NCBI GenBank assembly: GCA_973895155.1
Contig: OZ316899.1
Location: forward strand, 9,484,287 to 9,548,286
Origin: Marsupella aquatica
Lineage: Eukaryota > Plantae > Marchantiophyta
Direction of reading: 5' to 3'
DNA length: 64,000 nt
A model generated the notes under the pieces. That model saw only the letters and a program-made list of their open reading frames with translations. It was not told where the DNA came from and did no database searches. Position 1 is the stretch's first letter; each line of letters begins with the position of its first letter. Shown piece by piece: positions 35,474 through 48,700 of this stretch. A program made the position numbers and the translations under genes.

Positions 35474-38400
35474 TCACTGCAGACTAACACACTCTGATGG
35501 CCAGAGCACAAGAGATCCTACTGCATCTGCAATTATTTCTTGAGGTGGATCATCGTCTCTATTCGGAAATGGCAAATTACAATCAGATACAATCACTGTA
35601 GTCAACAACACTACTACATGGTCATCCGGGACCACTTTGCCATGGAATTTAGCATGATCCGGTCGCAAAATGCCTGTACCCACACATACCTGCGAGTCAT
35701 TCTCCCATGATAGAAGATTATGGACTGGCTCTGCTGTGGCTATCACCTCCACCTTACCCTGGCTATTTTTCTTGGCTTTCCTGGGTGGCTTATACATGAC
35801 ATTATTCATACCTTGGTTGCGAGTCATGACTTTGGCACGAGTGTTTTGTGCTGGTGATCGAGAAGTGGCTACACTCTTCTTCAAAGAATCTGCATCCATA
35901 TTTGACACTTCCGATTGTGTAGCAGGATTTCCCTGCGACATCATCTCAGTATCTGCTAACATTGTACTTGCTTCAATTGAAGCATCTACAATCTTACTTG
36001 CATCCAATGTTGCTCCCAAGTTTCGACGTCGCTTCACCCTGCTCCCACTTGGTTGAGAGTCTGTCAACTCTGCATCAACTACAATTCAATGCATTGTCCA
36101 ACATAAGTGAATCACTCATCACATGTGCGCCATGTACATGTCACCATCCACAAAGTTGTCACTATCTCCTTACCATTATGAACAGCCTTCTTCCCCTTCT
36201 TTGCCATTGCCATATCCTCCATGTCTGCTTCTGCTGATCAATAAACAGACCACAAGATTCAGGTTCAATCTATTAACCACTGAATTGTTTCTCAACAATG
36301 GTAGGAGAGGAATTTAAAGCATCAGCTTACCTGATACCTCCTTGGCTATGGTCACTGAGGCACTGGGCACATCTTTTTCATTGCTCTTTGAATCACCTGA
36401 TACATCAATCATGATGTCACTTCAATTCCCAGTTTATCCAACCAATTCTTACAGAAAAGATTACCTCCAACCGGCTTAAGCTTCACAAAACTCCATGCAC
36501 TTTTCAAATGTAATGTACTGGATCATAGCAGGTTACCTGTCTCAGCAACCTTTTTGCCATTCTGCTTACCGATTACAGGGTCCAGGTTCTCTGCCTCCAC
36601 TCTTCCTGCATTCAAACCATTCACTCAATTCATGAAAACTTACTTCTAACATTTGAACATAGGACACAATGAACAATGGGCCTCTCTTGTTTCAAAATCC
36701 TCATTGCATACCTGTGTCAGATTTGCCAATTCCCTTTTTTGTTAACAAGGGCACACTTTGTACAATGTTGCCCTCATTGTTTGGTTGGGAACCACCCAAT
36801 TTTTCAATCACAAGCTTGAAATTAGATTCCACTGATGCAAGAAGGTTCGCTACAGATGCCTCCACAATATCCAAACGATCAGCCAATTTACTTTCCACTC
36901 GAGGGAGTCCACACTCTAATGACTTCAACCGTTCAGACATCTTTGTGAGAGTTGTAACAGTTCCCTGTCATAACACAGTTTACATATCTCAGATAATTGT
37001 CCCCAAGAACTGGTTGCTTACTTCCTACTACAATTCTTTCTGATGCTCAAGGCCAAATAGTCACAGAACATATAGAATTACAACATAATCACCTGTTTGG
37101 AAGTCACACTTGTCACCTCACTCCTTTGTTTCATGAACTCCTCTCTCACTTCTTGTGCTGATGGTTCTTCACCTGTCAATTTCTTCTGCAGTCCACATCA
37201 ACATACATATGAATGAAACCAAGTGTTGATTGTCAATGAAAATGTAATAATGGTAGCAAGATGATAAGTTTGAGGCTTACTATTAGGCATGTCACTGCCT
37301 TACCAATTGTTCTTTCACTGGAGCATAACTTCCTCTCCCAGCCTGTGAAAGGTGTTTCACTTTGCCTCGAGCATTTGACATCAGTTCACTCTTGCTCTGT
37401 CCAGCCTCCGACATGAACCCTTTGATTAACCGTGTCCATTGATCCAGTTCCAATGATGGGGGTGGTGGCATTCTCCTGTTAGAACCATGTCTATCCACAT
37501 CCTTTTCAACCTATGCCTCTCTTGTTTCAAAATCCTCATTGCATAATCTGATATGCAATCTTCAACTGGGCCCTTACCATCATTACCAACATAGTCCCAC
37601 CGTTCAAGAATGTCCTTGCAGATAGCAGCCCAATCAGCTTTGTTCTGACTCCTAAACTCTGTAATGCTCAAATCTAACCAACGCAATACTTCTCCTCTTA
37701 GGTCAGAATGCCAACGGTTCTTACCATCACATGTGGGAGTTATCCAACCTTCGGAATTCACTTCTACTTTACCAAATTTGTTACTGTCTCCTGCCTTGGT
37801 ACTCCCTGAAGCGCTACTAGGTGTCCCTCCACGGCCTGGTGTCCCCCCACGGCCTGGGGTCCCTCCACGGCCTGATCTCCCCCCACGGCCTGGATTGCAT
37901 TGTCCAAACCTCCCTGGAGTCCCTGCACATTTACAGGATCCATTTACAGTCACTTACATTAGGTAAGTATGAATCATAAATCCTGCTGCCAAATATACAC
38001 TGGACTTCAGAGCAATTCTGCAATGACCAAGTTACCTCTCCCTTGGCGCATAGATAGTTCTGGACCACCTGTCCTATTGCTTTGTCTTGATGAATTAGGG
38101 CCGTTTCTCCCGCCTGTGAATGATTGCCGCCTATCTGAACGTGGATGGCCTTTGTTGTTTTCGTGATTGTCCCAATCAGAGTCTGCATACCAACAGGTAC
38201 ATGCCACACTCATGGACCTGTAAGATAAACTCTTTGCCCTAGCTACACATCAGATAAGTCCATATTGAGCTAAATCTCTACTACCATCACAAAATCACTA
38301 GCACAAGGCACTTACTTGTCCAATCATCCTCCTCACCTGTCCATTGCCCTCTGTACCCGTCTCTACCACGCTCTGGGTGTTCATATTCATCCCATCCATC

Positions 38401-38592
38401 TTCTGCTCCATCATAGTCATCATCATAATTATCAGGCGTCCCTTGCCAATAACTCTGGCTCCTTCTAGGGTATGGATTATGTGATTTCTCTCTAGCTGCC
38501 CACCTACCTGGGACTTGATGAGGGCCCTGTGCATCCTGCACAGGTGCATTTTTCTGTGATCCCCCTGCATCTGGGTCTCCATCCATATCCAA
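35474..38592 (-). CDS. CACTA TnpA-like multi-exon gene with a C-terminal Tnp1/En/Spm domain (exon structure approximate)
   Basis: Lies downstream of TnpD; RILKQERHRLK helix region; terminal VCVGTG..FHGKVVPDDHVVVLLTTVI..LPFP..IADAVGSLVLWP. Confidence 0.65.
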
Positions 38593-38835
38593 TCTTTCCT
38601 CTTCACCCCACTCTCAAGGCCCCATGTCTGTCTCCATGTCATCACCCTCTTCCCCCATAGCTTCTGCACAACACCCACAACCAAACAGGGAGAATCAGCA
38701 CACTAAATTCAAAGTATCAATCAATTTCATGCATATCCAACTATCCTAAACATCATTCCAGGCAGCAATTCCCGTTCTGTGACTCTGTGCAGGTAGTCAT
38801 CCTCAACCTCATACTTGCCAATCGCCAGCTGTTGC

Positions 38836-41800
38836 CTATTGCAAATCATCAACCTCATCATATTCCATTTGCCCAGGTTCATCATATGTCTCTCTCAATG
38901 TTAAGGGGATGTAGTCAGTCCCTGCCCGAGTTGGAAGTACAGTCTCATGACTAGGATGCTCGAATGCAGCATGGTCATCCAAACTGAACTCTACTTTACT
39001 TCCATCCATCCGCCTGTTCCGTGCTTGGCTATGGCATACCACCCTCCAGCCATGTGACTCCTCCACATCTGCAAAGAAAGCCTGTTCAACTTGGCTAGGG
39101 AAAACAAAAGGCTCAGACCATTCTGGTACTCTGGACCTAAAATTGGCCAACAAGAACCCATCATGATCACGCTTCATGGTGGCCCTTGGTCTCTGGCACT
39201 CTGATTTCACCCATGATCCCTTCATCAATATCACTGGGACACTTGTGTTACCATAATTCAACACCCAAATGTCGGTCAACTCCCCCACGTAACCCATCTT
39301 CATCCACCCCCTCTGTTCTTCAGAGGTTCTCTGCTCAAACACAGAAATCAAACCACAATCATATGATACACAATGGTCACCCTGCTCATCCCTCACTCGA
39401 TAATGATTTCCATAAGCTCTCATCCGTTTGTAGGTCAGAATAGACAATCGTGGTGGCACAGATAGAAGATACAAATCCTTCTCCATATCTGGGTGATGTC
39501 TACTATGCTCTCGAATTGTCACCCGAATCCACTGCTCGAACTGTGGGAAGGGATCCTGCTGCCCAGAGTGTGCAGCTTTTTGCATATCATATTCCCTGCA
39601 TTATGAGGTACAGGCATAGTTAGGTCTAAACAACACATGACAACCTAAGATCACCCTTGGAACAGACAAGAAGCATCACAACAAAGGCAAGTCAATTCAA
39701 TCACTCACCTCCACCATGGTTGCATAGGCTCTGTGTTTGCCAGCACATATGAATGAGCCTTGTCTCGAATCGCAACAGGCAGCTGAACAACACGTCCCAC
39801 ACCTTCAACAACCTCGCCACTCACTCCATCATCTTCACCAGATTTCCAAACTCTTGTCATAGCTTCACCAGACCCAGCCATGTACTCTGTTAGGAATCCC
39901 AACGTCTCATCCTTAATGTACCCCAATGCCATGGAAGCCTCTGGCCTGTAGTATGTTCTCACATGACCTTTCAACAACTTCATGTATCGCTCCATAGGGT
40001 ACATCCATCTGGTACTGACTGGCCCATACTGCCCTAGCTCTTCTACCACATGGATTAGGAGATGAGTCATAACATCAAAGAAAGCAGGGGGGAAGTATAT
40101 CTCCAAGTCACAGAGGACATAAGCAGCATCCTGCTTCAACTGCTCCAATCCTTGGGGATCCCACACTTTCACACATATACGGCGAAATACATTGCACAGT
40201 CGAAGAATGACATTACGGACTGGTTTCTGCATGAGACCTCTGAGGCATAGGGGCAGAATGTGCTGCATCAACACATGGTAGTCATGTGTTTTCATACTGC
40301 CAAGTTTATTCTTTGTAATATGCTTCTTGAAGGCACCAGCATAGCCAGAGGGCACTTTCAGACAGCTCAATCTATACAAGAATGTCTTCCATTCATCCTG
40401 TGTGCACACATAGGGAGCTTGGAACTTGAGAAGTACATTGGGATTGCTTGCATGGGGCTTCAACCAAAGGTGAGGGCGAATCCCCTTCTGTTGCATATCA
40501 GCTCGAACTGCTCCTGTATCTTTCTCACCCGACAAGAACTTCAGCAAGCTCTCACAAATATTTTTCTCAATGTGCATGACGTCCACATTGTGTTTGCTGG
40601 GCTCGAATTCCTGCACTCCACAAAGCAAAGAATTCAACAACAGAAACACTAATTAACCACATAGGAGGATTGTAACCAACATCAATCCACCATTGCTCCA
40701 ATCTAAAATTGCAATCATACAGGGGCTGGAGGCTAAGTACATTACCCTCCAGTACTCCAACTCCAAGTCCATCAAGGTCTATCTTTTCACACCGTGTTTC
40801 ACCACTGGATCCTCAGGTTCTCGATCAGTGGCACTTCTCTTGTCCCAATCAGCCTTCCTGGCTGCCCACCTCAGGACTTGCTCTCTGGTGACCCTCTGTG
40901 GTGGGCCACGAAGCTCTGTTTTGTTGTTGAAGTGTGCAATTTGAGACCGTGTGTGCCTGTAAGGATGATCAACAGGCAGATACCTTCTATGCCCCTGAAA
41001 TTTCATACTGTGCAGGGCATGCGACCACTCACTTGTCACATTTTTCCCACATGGTGTGCACCCCACATAGCCCTTTGTCACTCGTCCAGATATGATGCCA
41101 TGGCCTGGGTAATCTGCTATATCCAGCAAACAAATTGCATGCAGTCTAAAGGGGCTGGGTCGAAGAAGCCCCTTCAGAACATCATGGGTTAACACCCCTT
41201 CTATCCACAAAGTCTTCCACTCTTCCACTGCTGGAGCCAACATGATATCTATGAATTGCTCGGTCACAGAAGCTGGTCCAGGGATTAACAGCACCATCAT
41301 GACAAAAAACCTCTTTGTAGTCATCCATGGGGGAAGGTTGTAATTTAGCAGCGTAACCGGCCAACATGAATAACGGTTGTTTTTGTCTCCAAATGGGTTT
41401 ACTCCATCCAGTGATAGACCAAATCGAAAGTTCCGCTTCTCTGCAGCAAACTGTGGCCACCTCTCATCAACAAATTTCCAATGGTTGGAATCTCCAATGT
41501 GACGCTGCAGGCCATCACTGCTCTTGTTATCAGGAGTCCATGTCATCAGCTTGGAAATGGCAGGGCATCTAAACAGACGTTGTAGTCTAGGAATGAGAGG
41601 AAAATGACGAAGAACCTTGGCAGGGTGTGTACATTTCCCTACATTCTTGTACCTGTGCTTACCACAATGAGGGCATGTCAATTTATCTGCATGCTCTTTG
41701 CGAAAGAGAACACACCCATCAGGGCATGCGTCAATAGACACATAGTTCAGCCCAAGGTTAGACATCAATTTCCTAGCCTCGTACATATTTTTTGGAATTG

Positions 41801-42548
41801 AATTACCATCTGGTAACACATTTCGGCGCAGGAAGGTCAACAACTCTGTCACAAATATATTGGGAACATTGTGATTGCCACAGATGTTCAACAACAACAC
41901 GACAAAACCCAGCTTGGAGCAGTTCGACCCCTCGTAGATAGGAATGCAAGCTTCTTTGATGTGTTTTGGCCCCCCAAACACCCACTCCCTCTCTGCTGCA
42001 CCTTCCCCAATGTCAAAGTCAGGTTCAGCTTGGCCGTTGCCAATGTGTGGCTGCGGTTCATTGTCCTCTTCTGATTCCACTGTGTCGTAAAAAGCATCAA
42101 GGTCTTCAAAAATCTCTTGAACCATTCTTGGGACATCCATCCCACCGTCCTCAGTGACTGCCTCTGCATCTCCATCTTGGTCATCCACGTTCTCATGTTG
42201 GACCCCAGGACCATCCTCTGCACAGTCTATGTCCTGCTCTACGTAGTCTCTACGTCTAGCTGTATTAGAATCCACAAAGTCAGCTCTCCACTCTTCATCA
42301 GAGGAGTCTTCTTCTGCTGGTACATTCCAAACCCTCCACCGAGGGTGCCTTTCATGCCGCAGCAGGTGAAGGTGCACAGTGTTCAAACTCAATGACTTGA
42401 ATCCTTGGCACTGTGTGCATGGGCATCTCATCCTCCTACTCCTACCTTGGGCGGCCCGGGCTTGTTCACGCATCCACAATTTAGAATCATGATGCCTAAT
42501 CCTAAATGGGTTGTGAAGAGGCAACCTTGGAGCCATCACTATACACAC
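38836..42548 (-). pseudogene. CACTA transposase (TnpD/Tnp2: Transposase_21, DUF4218, DUF4216), three exons, one premature stop near 40780
   Basis: MRCPCTQC, IDACPDGCVLF, FGLSLDGVNPF, NYNLPPW, HNVDVMHIEKN, GSMKTHDYHVLMQ, RWMYPMERYMK, EPFVFPSQVEQAFF. Confidence 0.93.
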
Positions 42549-42862
42549 GCACTCAGCACCCTGTCATTTTATTATGCAAGTGAAAAATACACTTCCTGTT
42601 AAGGATTTCACCCCCGACTGTACTTGCCAAAATACGTAACGTTCCAAAAAAACAAAAAAACAAAAAATATAGGTGCCTGAGTCATGTACCTATTCTCAAG
42701 TGAATGAGACAAAATTCCTAAATGTTTGAGGGTGTCAACTCCTCCGCTGTCCTCACATGTACTGCCTCTGCACGTACATCCATGACCATATCAGAGTCCA
42801 ATCATGTATAGTCATAGACACAGGTGCCAGGTGCGAGACCGGTGTGAGATGTCCTCATCTTA

Positions 42863-43432
42863 CTACCACATCAAATACGGATACCAATCTTGTTGTCGAT
42901 GCCACTCAGCCCTGAGGTACTCAGGCATGTACATTAAGTCATCAAGGTCTAAACCCTGCTCATGCCATGGTGGTCTTCGATCCATGCCTACAAGCAGTGG
43001 CAGCAGTGCCCTCCATGGTGCACATGTTGCTACCAAGTCCCTCCACTGGGTACTAATTAGTCTATATTTGCAGATATCTTGTGCGCCAGACACCACAAGA
43101 ACCCTCGGCCAGACATGTGTAAGAACTATATCATCTGCCAAATCAGGCAACAAGGAACCACCTACAGCATCGTGCTTGTCTAACTCATCTGCTGAAAAGT
43201 AAATGTCCTCTTCCGACTGTGCATCCTCATTCACCACAGCATTCACAACACATCCAAGGTCTGCAGGCATTATCTCGGATGGAGCTACACTCTGTCTGGT
43301 TACCAATCCACACAAGTAAGCCCAAGCAGTAGCCATGCACGATGCAACCCGTAGGAGGACCCTACACAGGGCCTGACGGTCTGGAAGAGGCAGCATACCC
43401 ACCAAAGTCTTCAGCCAAACAGAGCCCAGCAA
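42863..43432 (-). CDS. F-box-like protein (CACTA cargo)
   Basis: SLLPDLADDIVLTHVWPRV..KYRLISTQWRDLV resembles a plant F-box motif. Confidence 0.5.
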   Translation of the reverse strand: MLGSVWLKTLVGMLPLPDRQALCRVLLRVASCMATAWAYLCGLVTRQSVAPSEIMPADLGCVVNAVVNEDAQSEEDIYFSADELDKHDAVGGSLLPDLADDIVLTHVWPRVLVVSGAQDICKYRLISTQWRDLVATCAPWRALLPLLVGMDRRPPWHEQGLDLDDLMYMPEYLRAEWHRQQDWYPYLMW

Positions 43433-43572
43433 GTAGATTCACAGTCACACCCCACGCAGCAGGAAACAACAATCACTTCAACTGCGACCAACCATGACAA
43501 GATGAGTTAGTTCAAGGATCACATTTATTACAAAATTGTGATTTATACAAAAATATGAGGGACTCCTACTCC

Positions 43573-44436
43573 TCACTCTCTCCCACCTTTGCTAAGCATA
43601 CATCTCCGCTGAATCTTGGAGGGCCAGGCCTCAAAAATATCAAAGTCCCAAGCATTCTGTCGCTTCCCTCTAGCTGCTGATTCCAGAAGCCAATCAGGGG
43701 AAAGCACCCAAAGATTGTTGTTCATGACAAAATCACGCACTGTTGTCTTAAAGAATTTTCTGCATATTTTCATGTATGACAGACCTACAACATGAGTGGA
43801 GGTTTCTGTTAGACTCTCCTCCACTGTCCCACCTAGCTCAACAACTATAGACTTGTACAGTCTGCACTTAGTCTCCCCAATTCCTTCTTCTGCAAATACC
43901 ACACTGAACCCCTTCATAATGGTATTTCTCTCCTTGCCATGCTCATTCAATATAGCATCTGCACGCATAGGATGGTGTCCTATGTTGACAACAGGTCCAT
44001 ATTGGACAGAAGCAAAGTTGGGTTTCTCTGCCGCTGCTTCATAGGCTTCCTTTTCAGCCAAAGCCTCTGCAGTGGCCTCCTCACTCTCCCACAACTCATA
44101 TTGCTCAGTACTCTGTACACACCTATGTTTAACAGAATCGGTCAGCCAAGAGACTTCAACTACTTTTAGACCTTGGTTGGTAATGGCAGAATCAATGAAG
44201 GACCATGACCACTTGTTCATCACATCCAACCATGTCCCCGCAACAACATGTGTAGTCTGTGGAGTGATGTCCTTGACTTCAGTCCCATGGAACTCTGAGA
44301 ATCGTTTTTGTACGATTGGCCAACTCACTTGGGTGAACCCATAGTGGCCAGGAATCAAAATGGCTTTGATTCCAGCCAACAGAGGCGGGTGGTCAACATT
44401 TGTACGTTTCCTAGAGGCCATGTACACACGGGCCAC
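43573..44436 (-). CDS. Tandem BRCT-domain protein (CACTA cargo)
   Basis: Two BRCT repeats: TTHVVAG..VVEVSWLTDSVK and LGGTVEESLTETSTHVVG..VLSPDWLLESAARGK. Confidence 0.8.
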   Translation of the reverse strand: MARVYMASRKRTNVDHPPLLAGIKAILIPGHYGFTQVSWPIVQKRFSEFHGTEVKDITPQTTHVVAGTWLDVMNKWSWSFIDSAITNQGLKVVEVSWLTDSVKHRCVQSTEQYELWESEEATAEALAEKEAYEAAAEKPNFASVQYGPVVNIGHHPMRADAILNEHGKERNTIMKGFSVVFAEEGIGETKCRLYKSIVVELGGTVEESLTETSTHVVGLSYMKICRKFFKTTVRDFVMNNNLWVLSPDWLLESAARGKRQNAWDFDIFEAWPSKIQRRCMLSKGGRE

Positions 44437-45021
44437 CTAATCACTGCAGACCGGAAGATAATGCGTTCACCTGATAATCGGAGGGCCCTTAAAATGCTGC
44501 GTTTATAACTTGGTCCAGTCCAGTCGTCTGGTGAGTCTCTGCTCCGATTCCAAACGGGAGAAATATTGGGACAAACGTACTAGACACCTGCAAGCATGCA
44601 CTTCATAGTTTGAATATGTGCCTTCACAATATTGAAGGTGACAAGTGCAATTGTTTTGTGATGCCACATACAGATGTTTCGTATGGGGGCAGACATTCAA
44701 TGAGAATACAAAATGTTGGTACACTTTAAGGGAATTCTCGCAAATTAAATAGCCTTGTAACTTATATGCTCATAATGAGAAGTCCTGATTTAATTTAAGC
44801 AGTGTCATGTAAGTCGTGATCAAAATGATTGCAGAGTTAAAAAAGTTCCTAGAAGGCTTAAGGGGAGATTTTGAAGGCATGTACCCAGGAACAAGTAATG
44901 AACTTAGGGTACTTGTTGCCTAAGCATCCTCTCCTACAGAGGTCCTTCTTCTCAAAATTGGAATGTCTGCAATCTCCAAGGTATCCACATCAGGTGCACT
45001 ATGCATGTACATTATTCAGGT

Positions 45022-45702
45022 TCAAAGCCAAGAAATGTGATCTCTCATGGGAGTGTGCAAAGTAGGATCTATGGCATGGCGATGACAATAGAAGATCCAT
45101 CGATCAACACCATGTGCAGAGTGATCATAGATGTGTCTGTCACAAGCATAGCCTTCTGCTTGACGCTCCTTCAAACAATGAAAGTGCCACATGGTGGGAC
45201 ACCTAACACAGTGGACTATGTCCACCCAGAAATCTTCATCGTGCTGACCACATGCCTTGCACTTATGAAGTGGGCAAGCTGTGGCAAGATCGGGCAAACA
45301 TGAAAAACAAAAGAACCTCACACAATATCTGTCAGGGCATTTCCTAACAAGTGGTGGAGCATCAACAGAGCCCTCATAAGACCCCAACTTCCCACACTGT
45401 GCACACTTAGCCTGCTTCTCCAAACAATCAGTGCACATCCAGCCTCCTTGGTGTGCTGACGGGAGGCCCACCCCTGGACAGTTGTTTTCTGCAGCAAGGT
45501 CAGACTCCGGGTTGAGGTGGAAATGCCTCATGCAAGGGCCCTCACATATGGCTAAGTCACCACCATCGTCACAAATGGCACAACAATGAGCTGCCTTCTG
45601 GAAAATCTGACTTGCGGAGAAGTTACTACCATCTGGCCCAACTACACCTGTGTTGCTCACCTCTGTCCCCCGCTTCTTGGCTCGGATTTTAGGGCGTGCC
45701 AT
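45022..45702 (-). CDS. Stand-alone EDM2-type composite PHD-finger protein (CACTA cargo)
   Basis: CAICDDGGDLAICEGPCMRHFH, CAQCGKLGS, CPLHKCKACG, CVRCPTMWHFHCL, IFYCHRHAIDPTLHTPMRDHISW are collinear with the PHD region of plant EDM2. Confidence 0.85.
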   Translation of the reverse strand: MARPKIRAKKRGTEVSNTGVVGPDGSNFSASQIFQKAAHCCAICDDGGDLAICEGPCMRHFHLNPESDLAAENNCPGVGLPSAHQGGWMCTDCLEKQAKCAQCGKLGSYEGSVDAPPLVRKCPDRYCVRFFCFSCLPDLATACPLHKCKACGQHDEDFWVDIVHCVRCPTMWHFHCLKERQAEGYACDRHIYDHSAHGVDRWIFYCHRHAIDPTLHTPMRDHISWL

Positions 45703-48700
45703 GCCTACGCATGAGACAGATAGTACAATTTAGCAGAGTGCACAGACAATACAATTTAGTGCAGTGTACAAAAAGTACAGTGTAGCATATAGACTAGAGT
45801 GGCAATTGCTACTGCAATGAAATGTTCACACACATGTGCAGAGTAGACATACTTTTTGGTTTGTTGAGCCCACACTAAAAACTGATCCCCTCGTACAATA
45901 GCTCCACCTACACCTCAATTTTGTGGCTATGATTCACCAAAGGAGATCTGCAACAAGATTTAATGCATTTGAATCACATATAACAGTCGTGACATGTAAA
46001 ACAGGCATTTTTTGAACAGGATTGGTATCAAGCAGTGTGATCAGGGTTGTAATTTATACATCCTAAATAGGCTATGATAGTGAATGAGACAAATAAGTTA
46101 GGCATAAATCACTTTTTCCAGGTTATCACATGGCCCATTAATTCCAGTCTTTGAAAGGAGACTTTTAAGTGAGCTTGCTAGCCTCTTAAATTAGGATATT
46201 GTACTTAGTGCAGCCATAATAGGATAAGTTATGTACTGTTGACCCTAAACCCTGGACCCAAAATTGGTCATAATTCAAAATCTTAAGTAAATATCCTCTC
46301 TGTTCAAGTCAAAGTGTTAAGTTATAGGTCAATGGTCTCTGGTTTGTGCATGCGGTGTGACAAGTGGTCCTCTAGAGCGTGTGATCCAAACATGTGTAGA
46401 CACCAAAGTGACCGGTGGTGGGGTCTGGGAGGGCAGGACAAGTGACATCGCTAGGCACACTGCAGGATGGCGAGTGGTTCCAGATGATACATTGTGCTCT
46501 GTGAAAAAACCGACATCCAAGAGAACGGTCATCCAACTCTAGGCCAGAAGCCCTACAGGCAGGACAGTCATATTGGCAACTGTGCACACACCCTTGGGCC
46601 CTAATTTGTGGCGGGTCATGTACAAGAGACAGAAATACCAAGGATGTTGGGAAGGGTGGAGAAGCAGGTACAGGCCGGCTGTAGTTGTTCCTGGCAACAA
46701 CTGGGTACTCAAAGTACCATGCAGACTGGGCTGGAAGGATCCCAAGTCTGACATACTCAAGGCGCAACATCTCTGCCTTGCGTGCAAGCCGCACATGTTC
46801 AGCGTTGCGGGTCCTCACCATAAGTGTTGCTTTTGTGGAGATGTCGTGTGTTCACGTCCTCTGATAAGCACCTTCGATCAGCAAGGTGAGCAGGAGCTGT
46901 ACTTGCCTCACCAACAGCAACCAACCTTAAATTATCAGTTCCCACTCACTGTGTCATTCCATTGGTTCCAGCTAGGGGTCACAGTGTAAACATAGCATGA
47001 AACACTCCTAATCAACTTGCTTACAAACTACAATATCCAGAAAGAGTGAAAGTCTCACCCTCCAGTGAGCAGCAGAGAGGTAGTTCACTAGATGTGTTGA
47101 TGTGCAGTTAAACCTCCACTATTGCTTACTTCTGGTGTATGCTGCTCAGAAGAAGACATATTAGTAGCAGCAAATTGCAAATAATGGCCATAAGCAAACC
47201 GTGAGAGTTTGCAGAATGCTACGACAAATCCATCACAGCAGTGCTCCACAGGAATGAAACCAAGCAAAATTTGGTGACCTCGGCCAATGACAAGGCCAAT
47301 GTAGTGAACAATCCTTGACCGATCAGGATATGGATTGGAATTACAATTAGTCAGCTCTTCTTCTTTGTTTTCTAACTCTGGGGGAAATGAGCATGACCAG
47401 GGAATTCTCTGAGAAATAGAAGTGCACAGGGAAAATGAAATTGGCTCATTCAGCTGCGCAAGACCGACCATTGCAGCATACTTGGACAGTTGTTCCGCAA
47501 TACATAAAATACCCTGACTTACATGCAATCGATACAATCTGCTTCTGTTGGCTGTCCTACAGCTCATGGCAGTGCCGTTGGGATAGGGTAAGTGAATCTA
47601 TGAATCTATGAATCTATGACTCATGGACTAACAAAATGATTGGGTAGCATGGCAAAAGGAAAGACAAATTTCAAAATGACAACATGGCCCGTTTCCGCCA
47701 TTCATTTGACATTGCTAGGTGTCCGTAAGATGACTGACCCACAGACAATCCCGACAACCTCATCTGACAGACTGCTTTTCTAGTGTGAAGAAATACATGA
47801 TTACAAGCAACACCATGCCTCATCCAAGCAGGGAATTGAAAACATAACCATGTCATTCCTGTATTGGACAGTGTCCTCTGCCATTGCACTGCATAGTTGT
47901 TATTCCATGTTGGTTGTCAACAGTTTGTTGGCTTGCCACAGCCTAGATAGAACAATAAAATACTGTATATGAATACAACAAGAAAAATCTGCATACAGCG
48001 ATGGCCTGGTCACTTGAGGAAAAAACAAAACTAAGAAGGCAGGCACACGGGCAACCGAGAAAAAAAGCTAGTGGCGCCTCGCGGAGAATCCAGAATGGTA
48101 ATGCCCTTGCCCAGAAGCTTGGGAAACAAAAGAGAAAAAAACAAAAACGAGCTACCGACCACCGTCTTGACCAGGCCCGACATCCAAGGTATGGCTGGAG
48201 GCTGTGGTCCCCCCCTTAGTAAAGAAAAGGATGCAAGTCGGAGCACGGGGCACAAGGCATGTTTGGATCCAGGGAGGAGCAAAACAGTAATGTCAAGCAA
48301 GAAGTGTGGAGAGACCAAATTCAGTAAACAAAAATAGGGGAGAACAAACATACATCAGCAGCAGCAGGAAACGAGAAAGTTGATTTGGGAGGGATTGTAG
48401 GGAGAGAGCTTTCGGTGGGCTCGGCTATGCATGAAATATCGGGAGATAGATGTGCGAGAGAGTGAAGAGGGTGGCAAGCGGAAGACAGGTTGGGACTGGT
48501 CCCTTGGTGCCGGGGGGTAATATATGGGGTTTCAATGAACAATGGGCCAGTTTGAGGAGGATTAAGTAGCGCACACCCCATGTTCTTGGGTGGTGGTTGG
48601 GTGGGGTTTTGTTTGATTGAAGAAGAAATCACCATTATCTTCTGGAAGAAAGAAAATCGCAGGAAACAGTGGACGGGAGAACAAGGCATGTAATAGAGTA

